This document shows, piece by piece, positions 24,051-36,145 of a DNA stretch of 64,000 nt (position 1 is the stretch's first letter; each line of letters starts with the position of its first letter). Origin of the DNA: Vitrella brassicaformis CCMP3155. Its lineage: Eukaryota > Protista > Chromerida. A program made the position numbers and the translations under genes. The stretch covers positions 186,001 to 250,000 of the forward strand of contig CDMY01000275.1 of the NCBI GenBank assembly GCA_001179505.1. The letters are read 5' to 3'. Under the pieces are notes generated by a model. The model was given only the letters and a program-made list of their open reading frames with translations. It did no database searches and was not told the DNA's origin.

Positions 24051-25296
24051 ATGGACTCAGCCAGACATCGCAGCGCAACACGTCACCCCCACAACGCTGA
24101 CGTGCAAAGTAGCCAACAAGCCCAGCCCTGCACTTGCAGAGAGCAGCAAGAATCCGAGCCGGCATTAATTCAGCCCAGGGCAGAGCGGGCGAAGTCAACA
24201 TCCCTCCTTGCGGCGCTCTTTCTGGTCACTTCTCTGTCGGTCGTGGTGCTCAACTGCCTGGGGACGTCATCGCACCAGGGGGGCGTGCAGGCCTACTCGG
24301 ATGACCCTGTGGCGGCAACAACTGCAAAGGCGGCTGAGGCGTTCAGCATCATTGCAGTGCCTGTCGGGAATGCCTTTGTGTGTCACTGACAGGATCCCAA
24401 GTGGATCAGCATTCGCAGACACCGCCAGAGGTCTTCGTTTCCCTTCTATGTCGAGTCCCTGAGCGCACAGCCCCACTACACATCACCAGGGCAGCTTGAT
24501 GACCGTAAGCACCGCGCCCCCACTCTTTATCAGCAATAGACTCCTCCTGCAATGAATGTAACTCTCTGTGGCTGACATCCAGCGGACATCGCATCATCGT
24601 GGTCTGGCGTGTTGGTGCCGCAGAAGGAGATTGCCGCATCCCAGGACGACCATGCGGAGGTGGTGGTGAGGCCCACGGGCACTATCGCATCACTAATCGA
24701 GGCGTCCAAAGGTGCACAAGTCCCACCCATCATCACACAATGGAACGTGTAATGTTTGCTGCCAATCCCTTTGGCCCGATGTCAGTGGGGGAGGGTCAGA
24801 GCAGCATTTGCGATCACGTCGAGTGCCAGCATGGGGGACTATGTGTGGTTGACGGGCAGACCAAGTACCACTGCAAGTGCCAGGCTGCATACGAAGGACC
24901 GCACTGCGAACTGAGTCAGTGACCAACGCACAGACAGAGACACGCCCGCCTTCTACTGGGCCTGCATTGCATTCCCTCGGTGCGTTCCTTTGTAGGGAAG
25001 ACAGCAAAGGCAGCCGAAGAGAGTAAGTCGCTTGCTGGCAACAAGGTGGTTAAAGACGTACTCTTCTGCCTGCAGAGATACTGGGGATGGACCCGACGAC
25101 GTTCTACATTGTGGTGGGCGGGGGGTCGCTCCTTCTCCTTGCTGGAGGATACTACATGTGCTGCGCGTGAGTGACACACAGAGGGACGCAAAGTAGCATG
25201 CCGCAGTTCGTTTCGGCTGCTGATATGTGTGTGTGTGTGCGTGTGCGTGTGCGTAGCCCTCCGGCCTCTGGCGGCCCTGACGAGGTGTTCGACTGA
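24051..25296 (+). CDS. Type I membrane protein with one EGF-like domain, a TM helix and a short acidic tail
   Basis: Signal-like stretch SLLAALFLVTSLSVVVLNC and an EGF domain CDHVECQHGGLCVVDGQTKYHCKCQAAYEGPHCE (6 Cys). In-phase exons 24996-25022, 25076-25166 and 25257-25296 add RKTAKAAEEKILGMDPTTFYIVVGGGSLLLLAGGYYMCCAPPASGGPDEVFD*. Confidence 0.8.
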
Positions 25297-25606
25297 CCCG
25301 TTGCTGTCTTTTGGCGCTGGCCTACTGGGTGTATGGGCGGAAATGAATTGACGGCTTGGCGGTGTGGCTAGATTGGCTGACTACCCGACGATTAGTCGCT
25401 TGGTTCAAAGAGGCCACTCGTGTAAAACCCGCCCTGCCTTACATGTATGATTGATCCCAACCAATCCAACATCCAAAATCCAGCAAGCAAAGGGTCTCGA
25501 GGCTACTCGCTGTCTACCAGAGACACAAACTACGAGTGACACCAATTTGTCACCACCCACCCATCCAATGGAGCCCAAACCGATATATAACACACATACA
25601 CACGGG

Positions 25607-28601
25607 CTACTCCTCCCCCTCAACCACTTCGTTGGGCAGCGTCGTCCGGCTAATTCCCCCTTCATCCCTACTGTCCTCATTCCGCAGCACGTCCTGCCCT
25701 GGGCCGATTTCTCTCACCAGGTGCAACGGTGCGCTTTGTGTCTGCTCGTGGGGGTTGGTGTCATCTGCCCGCCTTGGCGACGTGTCATGGGAGAGTGGGG
25801 GTATGTCGGGGGGAGGGGGTGGGTTGCGGCCGAGGACGTCTCGGTATATTTCCGATATCATGATCTCCAGGTGGGAGATCCGAGCGTCTTGGTATCTCAC
25901 GCGCTTCGCCATCCTCTCTAATTGGACTTGTGCAAGGGCATTGCTGGTCGAGGTGCCATGCAGCTGCCAGAGAGAGAGAGAGAGAGGAAGACAGCGGAGA
26001 CATGGATAAGCGAGTGAAAACGAGCGACCCCACCCCTGTGTGGCCATCCATATCTGTCTTTCACCTGTCTGTGTATTCTTGAGGTGACGGCGTTGACCCT
26101 TTGAAGGTCGAACTTGGTCGCGTCAGCTGAACAGACAGAGAGAAGCGCATGTAGACGTGTGAATGGAATGGACAAACGACGGCCTCCATTCCCTCCACAT
26201 GTCATGTGGGCTTCACTTGCATACCCTTGAGGCTGAGCACACCCTGCGAGCATTGTACAACGCAACACAACACACAAGAGACAAAACGAAACGACGCATC
26301 ATACATACAGCATTCCGCTATGTATGGGTCTACTCGCGCACCTTGACGAATTCATCTGACCAAGAGAGACAGCACAGCAGACAGGACACCGCTTTACGGG
26401 GGCCCTTTCAGCCGCATATAATGCTGCCTGCTGTCCTGCGCCTTTACCTACCTATGTTGACGATGCCGTCATTGTTCTCATCCACGAGGTCGAAGCAGGC
26501 GTCCAGCTGCTTCTGTGTCAACCCTATATTGCATAACCGATCAGCCACCTCATCCTCCTCGACCAGCTCCAGCAACTCCTGAATGAATGAATGCATTCAT
26601 TAAGAGAGGCATGACTGACTCAAGCACCGCCTGAGTACCTACCTCTCGGGTGACGGTTCCGTCCTGGTTCTTGTCGGCCTCAACAAACAACTGATGCAGC
26701 TCTCGCACGATCTGAGACACATACAGCCATGCTCGTCTCGTGTGCATCGCATGCCGTCCTCTGTGCGACTCAACTCCGCCCATTCATTCTGCCCATCCAT
26801 CCATACCTGCAGGTGCTGGAAGTGGTGAAAGTCGGCCTCTTCGCGGGCCACCAGCATCGTCTGCTCCACAAATATACCTAGACACGCAGCCAGCACCCAC
26901 CGTACACATACAGATGTGTGTCAAGAATGCCGGTGGTGCCATGCATGGCCACCGGTGACAAGATTTAGTATCGCGAGTGTGGTGAAGCAGATGTAGACGA
27001 CAAAGAAGATCCACGCCCTCGGGTAGGCGCGCTCCATAGGACGAGCCATCGAGCTCGCCCACGCCTCTAGCGTCATGATCTGATCCATGATAAGATTACA
27101 TAAGCCATCTCCGGCGAAGCAAGCCAGAACATGTCTGTACACTAATGATGAATGTGCGTCGCTCATCCCACCTGGAAAAGAGAGTATGCGCTCTCGCCCA
27201 CGCCCCCGAAGTAGAAGCGGGACACAATGTATGAGCTGTCCTCATCGCCGCCCTGCCAGTCGATCTCATCCACCTCGTTCTCCGGCCTCTCTATACCGTA
27301 CATCTGCGTCGTGAACACCGCACAGCTGCACAAGCACACAGACGCTTCGTTGGTAGATGGAGAGACACACCGGAGGGGGTGGATGTGTGTGTCTCACGTC
27401 GCCCATTCATTACATGAAGATAAAGAGGCACAGCAATAGCATAACCCAGAAAAGGGCCGTGATGCCCTTGATCAGCCCCTTAACCAGCAGCTGCAGCTGC
27501 CTGAACAACTTGAGCACCCTTAGCACTCTCACCACTCGAATCAGCCGGACCACACGCAGCACGCTGAATGCCCTCAGTTTCGGTCCCCCTTGTGTGTCTG
27601 CCGTCTGGGCCGAGCCGTAGATGACTTCCCCAAACAAGCCAAAGGCGATGTCGTCCACCACCGACACCACCACCAACACAAAATCAAACCTGACAAACAA
27701 ACATACATACCCAACATATGGATCCCGGCAGGGCAGGAACAGCCAGCGATTTGCTGACCCACACGGACCAGTTGAATGCCCCTCTGAAGAACAGGAGGCC
27801 ATAGGCGTACAGCCGCAGCAGCAACTCGACCAGGAAAACCATGGAAATGGACACATTGAGAGGGATATTCTGCTGTAGCTCCCCCTTCTGCGCGCTCCGC
27901 TCGGTCTCAACGCAGACAACAATCGAGTTGGCCACAATCACCGACCCGATAAAGAGCCCGAACGTGTTTGACTCCACCAGCCGCCTCACCCTCCGCTGAC
28001 TCGGCAGCCTCCCCTGCAGCCCCAGTCTCCACGCATCCAGTGCAGTGTCCGGAGTCTCTGTCGAGAGCTGGAATGATTTGCGGGTCTTTCCCGGCTGGTG
28101 AAACGTCAGCTTTGACGTGTCCATCACTTTGGCCTTCGGAGGCGATTCGTCCGAGTCGCTGCTGCCGCTGGGCACCTCTCTCACGTCCACATCTGGGCTG
28201 AAGCGGCCCTTCTTCGGAGAGCCTGCCGGGGATCGCTCTTTCTTGGGCGACGCAGAGTGCGATGCGTAGGGGCTGCTTCTCGACAGCGTGTTGAGGAAGT
28301 CGTCGAACAAAGCGTCTTGGCTGCCTTGGGTCTTGTGCACAGGGGACCGGTTGGGCGACCGCAGTGCTGCAGAGGCGCCGCGAAAACTGCCCTTCATCAA
28401 GCCGCCGTCGCAGAGCTGCTGGAGATGGCGCGCTGACGAGCCGCACGAGAAGGCGCAGGCGAAGTTCAAGCCGTCTCCTGGGGGCCATGGGGGGCCTTTC
28501 GCGCTTTTTTCTGACTCCGAGTCGGAACTGAAGCGGCCAGTGGCACGATGGCTTTGCGGCTTAAGCAGAGGAGCGGGGCTGCAGTTCAGATCGTCCCCCA
28601 T
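25607..28601 (-). CDS. Single-domain (6TM) voltage-gated Na+/Ca2+-type channel with two C-terminal EF-hands
   Basis: S1-S3 helices; S4 RVVRLIRVVRVLRVLKLFR; pore YFGGVGESAYSLFQ|IMTLEAWASSMARP; S6 AWIFFVVYICFTTLAILNLVTGIFVE; EF loops DKNQDGTVTREE and DENNDGIVNIDE. Confidence 0.93.
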
Positions 28602-28651
28602 GGCTTCAGCAGCAGCGAATCATCAGACGCTGGCGGTGAGAGCGAGTCCAC

Positions 28652-31600
28652 ATGCAGTCATACAGGCACGAGAGGGCTTCCTTGCGTGTGCTGATCATCC
28701 CAGTCGATATATCTGCTGCAAGAGAGGAGTCTCTCTCGAGCTCGTCTTCGTCGGCAGCGCCAGAAGCACCAGAAGCTGACGCTCATGAAGAAGAAGCCGC
28801 TGTCGAGGCCGGCGAGCGGCCCCAGGTCACGGTGCGCATCGAGGGACAGCCGGCGGCGGGAGAGACTGCCGTACAAATGCCGGTGGTGAAGAGGAGGGAG
28901 GAGCGGGAGGGGACGGGGGCGTCCTACCGGTCAGCGCTGTCCTCCACACTCGCTGGAGGCATCAAGCTCGACCCCAAGATCAAACAGGCCGTCAGAGCAC
29001 TGAGTAAGCTGCTCGTTGTACTTGTGTGTATCTACGGGGTTCATGGAAAATTGTCTGCTGGGCACATTGTATTACCTACCTTTTGCCGGCAGTGAAGCCG
29101 GGCGCCGTGAGGGACGAACACGATCTGATGTTGCTTGAGGAGGTGTTGGGGGAGATACAGTTGCTGAGAGAGTCGAAGCTACCGCAGACATCGTCATTGA
29201 GAAAGGTAAGACCAGAGGAAGGACACTAAGAGCTCTCTTTTTCCATGGCATACATGTGTCTGTCTCTATCGATTGTGTGCTGCCAGGAGTTTTTCCGTGC
29301 TTTGAATGTCGAGAAGTACAAAGAAGGGGCCGTCATTATCAACCAGGTTTGTCCACCCAAGGATTTATGTATGTATGGATCGGAACGGAGCCAAACACGT
29401 ATCTTGCTCGTACACTCACTTGTAGGGTGAAGTGGGCGACATGGCGTACATCATACTGTCTGGGATTGTGGGGGTGTACAAGAAGATGATCGGCCAGGGC
29501 ACCAAGCGCGTGCATACACAGGTGGGGGAGGGAGTGGAACAGGCAGGCAGGCGGGCCGCCTCTCCTCATGTTTAGCGGTGGGAGGCGCATGTCTCGCTGT
29601 GGTGTACATAACATATAGGTATTGTGTTGCAGTATCCCATGGACATGTTCGGGACACTTGCTCTCATGAATGGTGCGCAGCGCAGCGCACATGCGATGCG
29701 TGTGCAGAGAGAGACATGAATTTTAAAGCAGGATCGAATCGACCACCCTTCCTTCCTTCCTTCCTTCCTTTTCTTTCGGCTGCAGATGCGCCACGTGCCG
29801 CCAGCTGCAAGGCTCTGACATATCCCACATATGTAAGACTGACTGTACTGATGCATACGTACGTACACACACGTTCAAATGGCGATAGATGTGTTTCTGG
29901 CGCGTGTGCCTGCAGGTGGCCACTCTCACCAAGGCGGAGTATCAGAGATTCGTCAAAGGTGCGGTGCGTCAGGCCAGCCAGGCCATCTTGACACACATGT
30001 AGTTGCTTTCTGTTCTTTACCAGTCGAGGGCAACAGGGAGCAGGTGGAGTTCCTCAAGGTTTGCGCACACAATCAACAGTCTCCCTCTATTGATTCGCTG
30101 CCCCCCGCCCTCAATAATCATTTGCAGGGCATATTGAGGAATGTGACGTATCAGGTGGTCATCAACATCTCATTCGTGCTCAAGAAGATCCGAGTCGGTC
30201 GGGGAGGCACCATCACACTGGCTGGACAGGTAGGCACCGACAGACAATGCAGAGGTCGCATTCCGTCTAATTCCTTTCCTTTCTCCATGAGCAGGAGGCC
30301 ACCCACATGTACTTTCTCACCTCCGGCATCTGCTGCGTGGTACAAACCGACAGACCCATCAGTAAGAAACACGTAGGCACAACAATGGCGCCATCGGTCT
30401 GCTCTGCCCCCCATTGACGGATGCAGGCGCCGACAACAGAGAGTCCCGAGAGCGTCGCCGCTCCTCTTTTGTCCCCCGTGCCAGCTCCCACTCACACGTC
30501 GATGTCGTGGAGGACATAACAGCGGCAGGAATGATGAGCCCCAGCTCTCACCGCAAATCGGACGCCCTCAGCTTGGCAACGGTGCCTTCTGGGACGCAGC
30601 TAGCGTCCTATCGGTCGCATGGCCAGATGGTCGCAGCGAGCAGCAAGACAAGTGTGGTTGAGGGTGAGTTTGCGCCAGGCATGCTCAACCGTGGCAAGGT
30701 TCTCAGTGTGCTGCACCCTGGGACCTACTTTGGCGACGAGGGATTGTTCAGTCCTTCGGGGAGGTGGCGCCACACGATTGTCGCGGCCACTCATGTCGAA
30801 GTGCTGGCACTGGACAGGTACTCTGTGTGCATGTGACCACCACACACGATGGACACCCGTGGATGCGATGCATGCGTGCATCTGACTGACTGACAGGGAG
30901 AACTTCTACAAGCGCATTCCAAAGTGGGTGGGACACCCACCAGCTCTCCACACACCAGATCCATCGCTCAACCGTCGGTGCGTGTGCGTGCAGGGGCCTA
31001 ATTCATCAGATGGAGGATCGGTATGAGCAGCGTCAAGAGTTCAGGAGGGCCCAGGAGGAGGGGCAGGCACCCGCCAGGGTGCCACCAGACGTCGTACGGC
31101 GGTTCGATGAGGGTAGGTCAGGAGGAGCCGGCATCCACTTAGTGAGCCACAACATGATCGACGATCTTGCCGTGGTTTTACAGACGAGAGACGGCATCTC
31201 CGACACGTCAAGTTTGGTGCGCATAGACGGGAGCGCCTCAGATGTGCTGTGCACTCACTTGCCTTTCTTTGTTCCTGCAGGCAAGTTCCCCCCGGTGCCC
31301 CATCAAGCCAACACACATGTAGGCAGCTCAGCTCACACCGGAGGAAGAAAAAGTGACCCGTCTTTCTCCCTTCAATGGATTGCATCTCATCTCAGGGTGT
31401 GTACAATATCGGCGAAATGAAAAGGCAAGAAGGAATGCTCAGGAGCATGGCGCTCATCCGAGCAGACACGAGCACACGTATGGGTATGGGTATCTATCTG
31501 TGCAGGGCGCGGGAGCTCAAGATACCTAGATGGTCTGAGAATCCAAGGTAGGCTTACAGACAGACAGCCTGCTGAGACACGTACTAAACACACCCATTAT

Positions 31601-32002
31601 GTGTGCGTGTCTCTCGCCGTCCTTCTTGTGCGCAGGTCTGCGTGGATGATCAGCTGCGACCTTTTCCTCAAGGTGTGCACGGCACGGACCCCTGCACTCA
31701 CTCGACGCCGGTCCGGTGACGTCCACATGAGAATGTGCTTTCCTTTGCAGCAAACGCGATCCCGCCGCTGCAAGAAGGACGACCTGCAGGCCTACTGCCT
31801 CGACGACATGTGAGCAATCACCAGCATGCCGACGGACGGGACACTTCGCGGGAGAAGACGTGCCTGGCTGGCATTCTCTGTTCCCTTCAGGTCGTTTCAG
31901 GTTGAGCCGATTCAGAGTATGAAGCGAACATGGGCCGCCGACAGAAAGAAGAAGAGACAGCAGCGAGTCCAGGGCATTCATGTGGGAAAGGGAGCTTCCT
32001 GA
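28652..32002 (+). CDS. Cyclic-nucleotide-binding-domain protein (2 clear CNBDs plus 1 degenerate), no catalytic domain seen
   Basis: CNBD1: YKEGAVIINQGEVGDMAYIILSG...MFGTLALMNGAQRSA...VATLTKAEYQRF. CNBD2: MYFLTSG...LHPGTYFGDEGLF...RHTIVAATHVEVLALDR. The exon chain ends ...GKGAS* at 32002. The start may be 28652 or 28877. Confidence 0.8.
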
Positions 32003-32279
32003 GTGATCAGTCGATTGGCGCTTTCCTTGTATTTTTCGTGGTGGATCACGCGGTTGATGGATGGATGCTCCATTAGCCTTTCCAGACGCACACATGAATG
32101 GATAACATTATCCGCATCTCACTCCATTCCACAGACCACGATAACACACACACACACACACTCGTGTCTTCCATTCATTCAGCTGTGAAGATCAGCCAGG
32201 CAGCCACTTGTCAACACACTCTGCAAGACTGTCAACACACTCTGCAAGAGCAACTCAGCCGGTTTGTCAGTAGACTCTC

Positions 32280-34662
32280 TCAATCGACACCCAGCATCAC
32301 CTCCAGCCGTCTGCCCGCATCTCCGGCCATCAGGCCGCTGGCGCCCTCGAACAGCCGCACAAAGTACCCATACACGACCATCTGCACACACTCGCTCACC
32401 AAAACGTCCAGGGGCTCCTCGAACTCACACACAGACCGAACCAGCCGACTGGAGAAGGCGCCCAGCCGCTCCAACGCCCTCTCTTGCTCATGCATCCGTA
32501 TCTTGAGCTCCTCCAGCCCGGCGGCCAGCTGCATGACACCTTCCTTGCTGTCCTTGGTTGTCTGGCCGGCCAGGTGGCTCTTCATGTCGGTCATGCGGGC
32601 GGCGGCCGACTCTTTCTGCGTCCGCAGGAGGGCGAGGAACGCAGCCAGGGGCCGCAGAGAGACCGACAGGTGCCCGTCAGCCTCATCCCAGTCCACCTGC
32701 ATGACCCACTCGACGGCATCGCGCCGCGCCGCAAGTGTCCTCGGCCTGCCGTGGTCGCTGCTGGTGACCGACATGGTCTCGTCCTTGTTCTCTCGCTTGA
32801 CCACCTCCCTGCTGGTCGCCACGCTCTTCTGCCCGTCATCGGTCTCCATCTTGTCATGGCCGCCACAGATGCTCGCCAAACTGAGCCGATCGAGTGCGGC
32901 CTGCAGGTGTGCAAGGGGCTGGGGGGAGGAGGGGGAGGAGGGGGATGGGGTGGCCGCGAGGAAGGGCAGGAGGGAACGCAGACGCTTCTTGACCTCCGGT
33001 TCGTCGATCAGCACGATGTCGAGCCGGCAGGTGCCGCCCTCAGACGCACCAGCATCGGCTGCCATGGTGCCGGCCTTGCTCGACTCGCTCATCGTTTCGT
33101 CCATGGCCAAGGACGGGGCTGCAGCCTCATTGCCAGCCCCACCGCGCGCCTTTGCGGGTTTGTCTGGCGCCTCGAGGTCGACCCGTATGACGGGGGAGTA
33201 GGGATTGTGTTTGGCGTTGAGGGCTGCCTCAAGTACGTAGCGAAACACCGTCCCGCGACAGCACGACCGCAGCAGCTGGTAGATCGAGTTGAGCACGTCC
33301 ACCTCCTCGGCCTGCTGGCCATCGCCGTCGCCCTTGGCTGGTTGGTCGGCCATGGGGGCATCCTCTCGCTTGCAAGCTGTGGCCGGCTTCTTGTGTGCCT
33401 GTATGCGGTGCAGCTGCAGGTGGAGGGTGTCGAGCAGAAGAGTCTCGAGCAGCACGTGCAGGGTAGGTTGCTGGGCGAGGGCAGCGGGAGCCGTCACACC
33501 CAGGGACGCTGACGATGACGTGCCCAGCAGCAACTCCACCCCAAGCACCTCCCAACTGGCCACCACCCAACAGCCGCCAACGAGACACAGACAGGGGTCA
33601 CTCACATATGTTGGTGTCAGTCATGACGTTTCCTCCGCTCGTTCGTACTTATCGAATTGGTGTCTGAGGTGGACCTTGAATTGGTTGGGCAGGGTGAGTG
33701 TGCACTTGCCCTTGGCCGTCTCGAACACGAGCTCGTCTTTGGGGCACTCGGAACGATAGAACTGCAGCAGCGCATTGGTATCCACCCACCGCGAGAAGGG
33801 CTCCATCTCGTCACCTGCAGTGCAGTGCAGTGCAGCAGCACGAAGAGATCCATACACAAACAGATGGACCCGACCCTCCCTCCTTCCATGTACGTGTGAT
33901 GTGTGTCCATGTCACTCACTAGGCAGCGGGGGCATCTCCGGCTGCTGAATCGGCCGGTTGAAGTTGGCGAGATGCGTGCCGAGGGACGACGGCAGAGGCA
34001 GTCCTGACGGCCACTCGACCTCATGCATAGCCTCTCGCCTTGTCGCACTGTCTGCTGCTCCTGATACGTCGCCCCTCAATGCTTGGAAGCGGTTGGCAGT
34101 GTGGCAGAGTGCAAGTGTGTGGGGCACCGCAGGGATGAGGGGAGCGGGCGGGAAGTGGCTCATCAGCTGTGCATACTTCATGTGCATCTCCTGCACACAA
34201 CAACAACAACAACCACACACACGACAGACAGAGATCTGTCCAGTCCATTCCACACACGCACATCCATCTCCCTCCCTCCGCCACTCACACCACACCCTCC
34301 CACCTCACCTCAATAAGGTTCTGCAGCATGTTGGTCTGTCCCTGTATGAGGTTCCTCAGATGCACCACCTCCGAGACCTCCTCGGTCAGCGGCGTGCACC
34401 CCAGCCCAACCATCACTATCAGCCGCAAGAACACCTCTCGCCACGAGCGGCAGTAGAGCCACAGCAGCTCCCGCGCCTGGCTGTCCGCGGGCTGGTCTTC
34501 CTGCAGCGCCACGTGGTTGAGCAGATCTTGCAGCTGCCGCCACGCATACTGGATGGAACGCTTCACCAGCAGGTCCACATTGACGGGCCGCGTCAGAGAA
34601 TTCTCATCCATCGGCGGCGGTGGTGGTGGCTGTGCTGGTTGAGAGAAGTTGTCAGGATCCAT
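32280..34662 (-). CDS. MED14: Mediator subunit MED14/Rgr1-like (about 688 aa, N-terminal part only)
   Basis: Exons 34662-34309, 34190-33920, 33814-33649 and 33555-32280 join in phase. Motifs: VDLLVKRSIQYAWRQLQDLL...ELLWLYCRSWREVFLRLIVMV; FETAKGKCTLTLPNQFKVHL...WEVLGVELLL; LHVLLETLLLDTLHLQ. These resemble the recalled Med14 N-terminal pattern. Confidence 0.65.
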
Positions 34663-36145
34663 GGTTTCTCTCCGCGCCTCCCATTCACTGCGAGCTTAGC
34701 ATGCACCAGCAGTGGCGATTGAACGCATGCGAGGTCCAACAGACGGCATGGCACACGACAGCCAAGATACAGTACACTCACTCATGCGCGAGAAAGAACC
34801 TACTTCACGCAGGACAGCTACAACGGAACACCTACAGGTCTCTCGCTCCGCAATCCGCAGAGGTGCAGACAGTACAGCGATGACTGTAATTACGACGGCA
34901 GCATTTCTTGCAGATCAGCCAGCCCTTGACAGAGATCACTCCTTCCATCGCACCTGCAGACAAGAAACACGAGAGGCTGGCAGAGAAACGTCCACAAAGC
35001 ATTGGCGACTCGAGAAGACAAGTTGAACCATGTCAGCTCTCGTGTGCAGCTCAAACCTTCGACTGTGAAGCTTACACGCCCTGTCGACTGTGCCAGTCGG
35101 TGGACGAGGGGGAGGGAAAGATGTGTCAGTGCAGATTCACATGCAGTGTCAGTAAATAATGCCCCGCCGGATACCATATCACGTCGCTCACCGACGCCTC
35201 CAGGGAGCAGCCCGGGCAGCACACACATGATGTCCACTTCCGCCTGAGCAGCAACAGCAGCTAAGTCTAGTCTTGGTGTCTTGACCGATGTGGTGAGGGG
35301 GGGATGAGGCAGCTCATGTGATGCGATGATTGGGATGACAACTCGACACGCAGTCTTGCAGGCTGGCTTTGTGGATGATGAGTGGTCCCTCTCTCTTTTC
35401 AGCTCGCTGCTGCACTGAAGCTTGTGCCCTCCCTAGTTGGTTGATGATGCGGATGCTGTTGATGTCGTCAGATAGCAACTCAGATAGATAGACCTTCCTT
35501 CTCTTCCTTCTCTTGTCGATGGGTGAGTTGCTTGCTCCGCTTTCTTGAATGCCATTTTGGGGCTTTCCTCTGCTGAGCTCACTCGGCCATAGACAAGTGG
35601 CATCCATCTCAGTGTGGGCTGGGCACGGTGCAGGCAGCCAGGCAGAAGTGGCGTGACAGACCTGCACCACTCGCCCTCCAGAGTAGCACCAGGCAATCCA
35701 TCAGCGTAGCATCCCAGCAAATGAGGACGATCCAGGCAGGATAGGACGATGTGCGTGTGTCGGTCGGTGTGCGCCGATGGATGAGTGCCCAGCCAGCCAC
35801 AGCCGGAGACACACACAGAAAACCGCACACACACCAGACAGAGACAGCAGGCAGGCACAGGTAGAGAGCATAATACAGAGAAATGATACAGCCAGCCAGT
35901 CGGAGACTAGGCAGAGAGGAAGGCAGTCAGTGCTTGTCTAGCTGCCTGCGCCTTCCTGTCTCTCTAATTCATTCATCCGCTTGCTGCCTGCCTCAGAAAA
36001 AAGGCTATCGAGGCAGACTGCCACCCGCCCAGCCACACAGCCCCGCCCGCGGCCCTCCCTCCCTCCCCTCCCACTACGTGCATTACCATCTGCAGCTGGC
36101 CTGGCCGTCGACTGATGTGTCTTGGTCGGTCGGTCGGTCGGTCCG

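Noticed and set aside
32209-32249. 21-bp tandem duplication TGTCAACACACTCTGCAAGA(C)
   Set aside because: Only two copies, in the MED14 3' region; an ordinary slippage event.
35314-35858. ORFs with KRRKRRKVYLSELL... downstream of CLK
   Set aside because: I could not build a consistent exon chain or start. It is more likely CLK 3' UTR, and RNA-seq would be needed to exclude a small gene.
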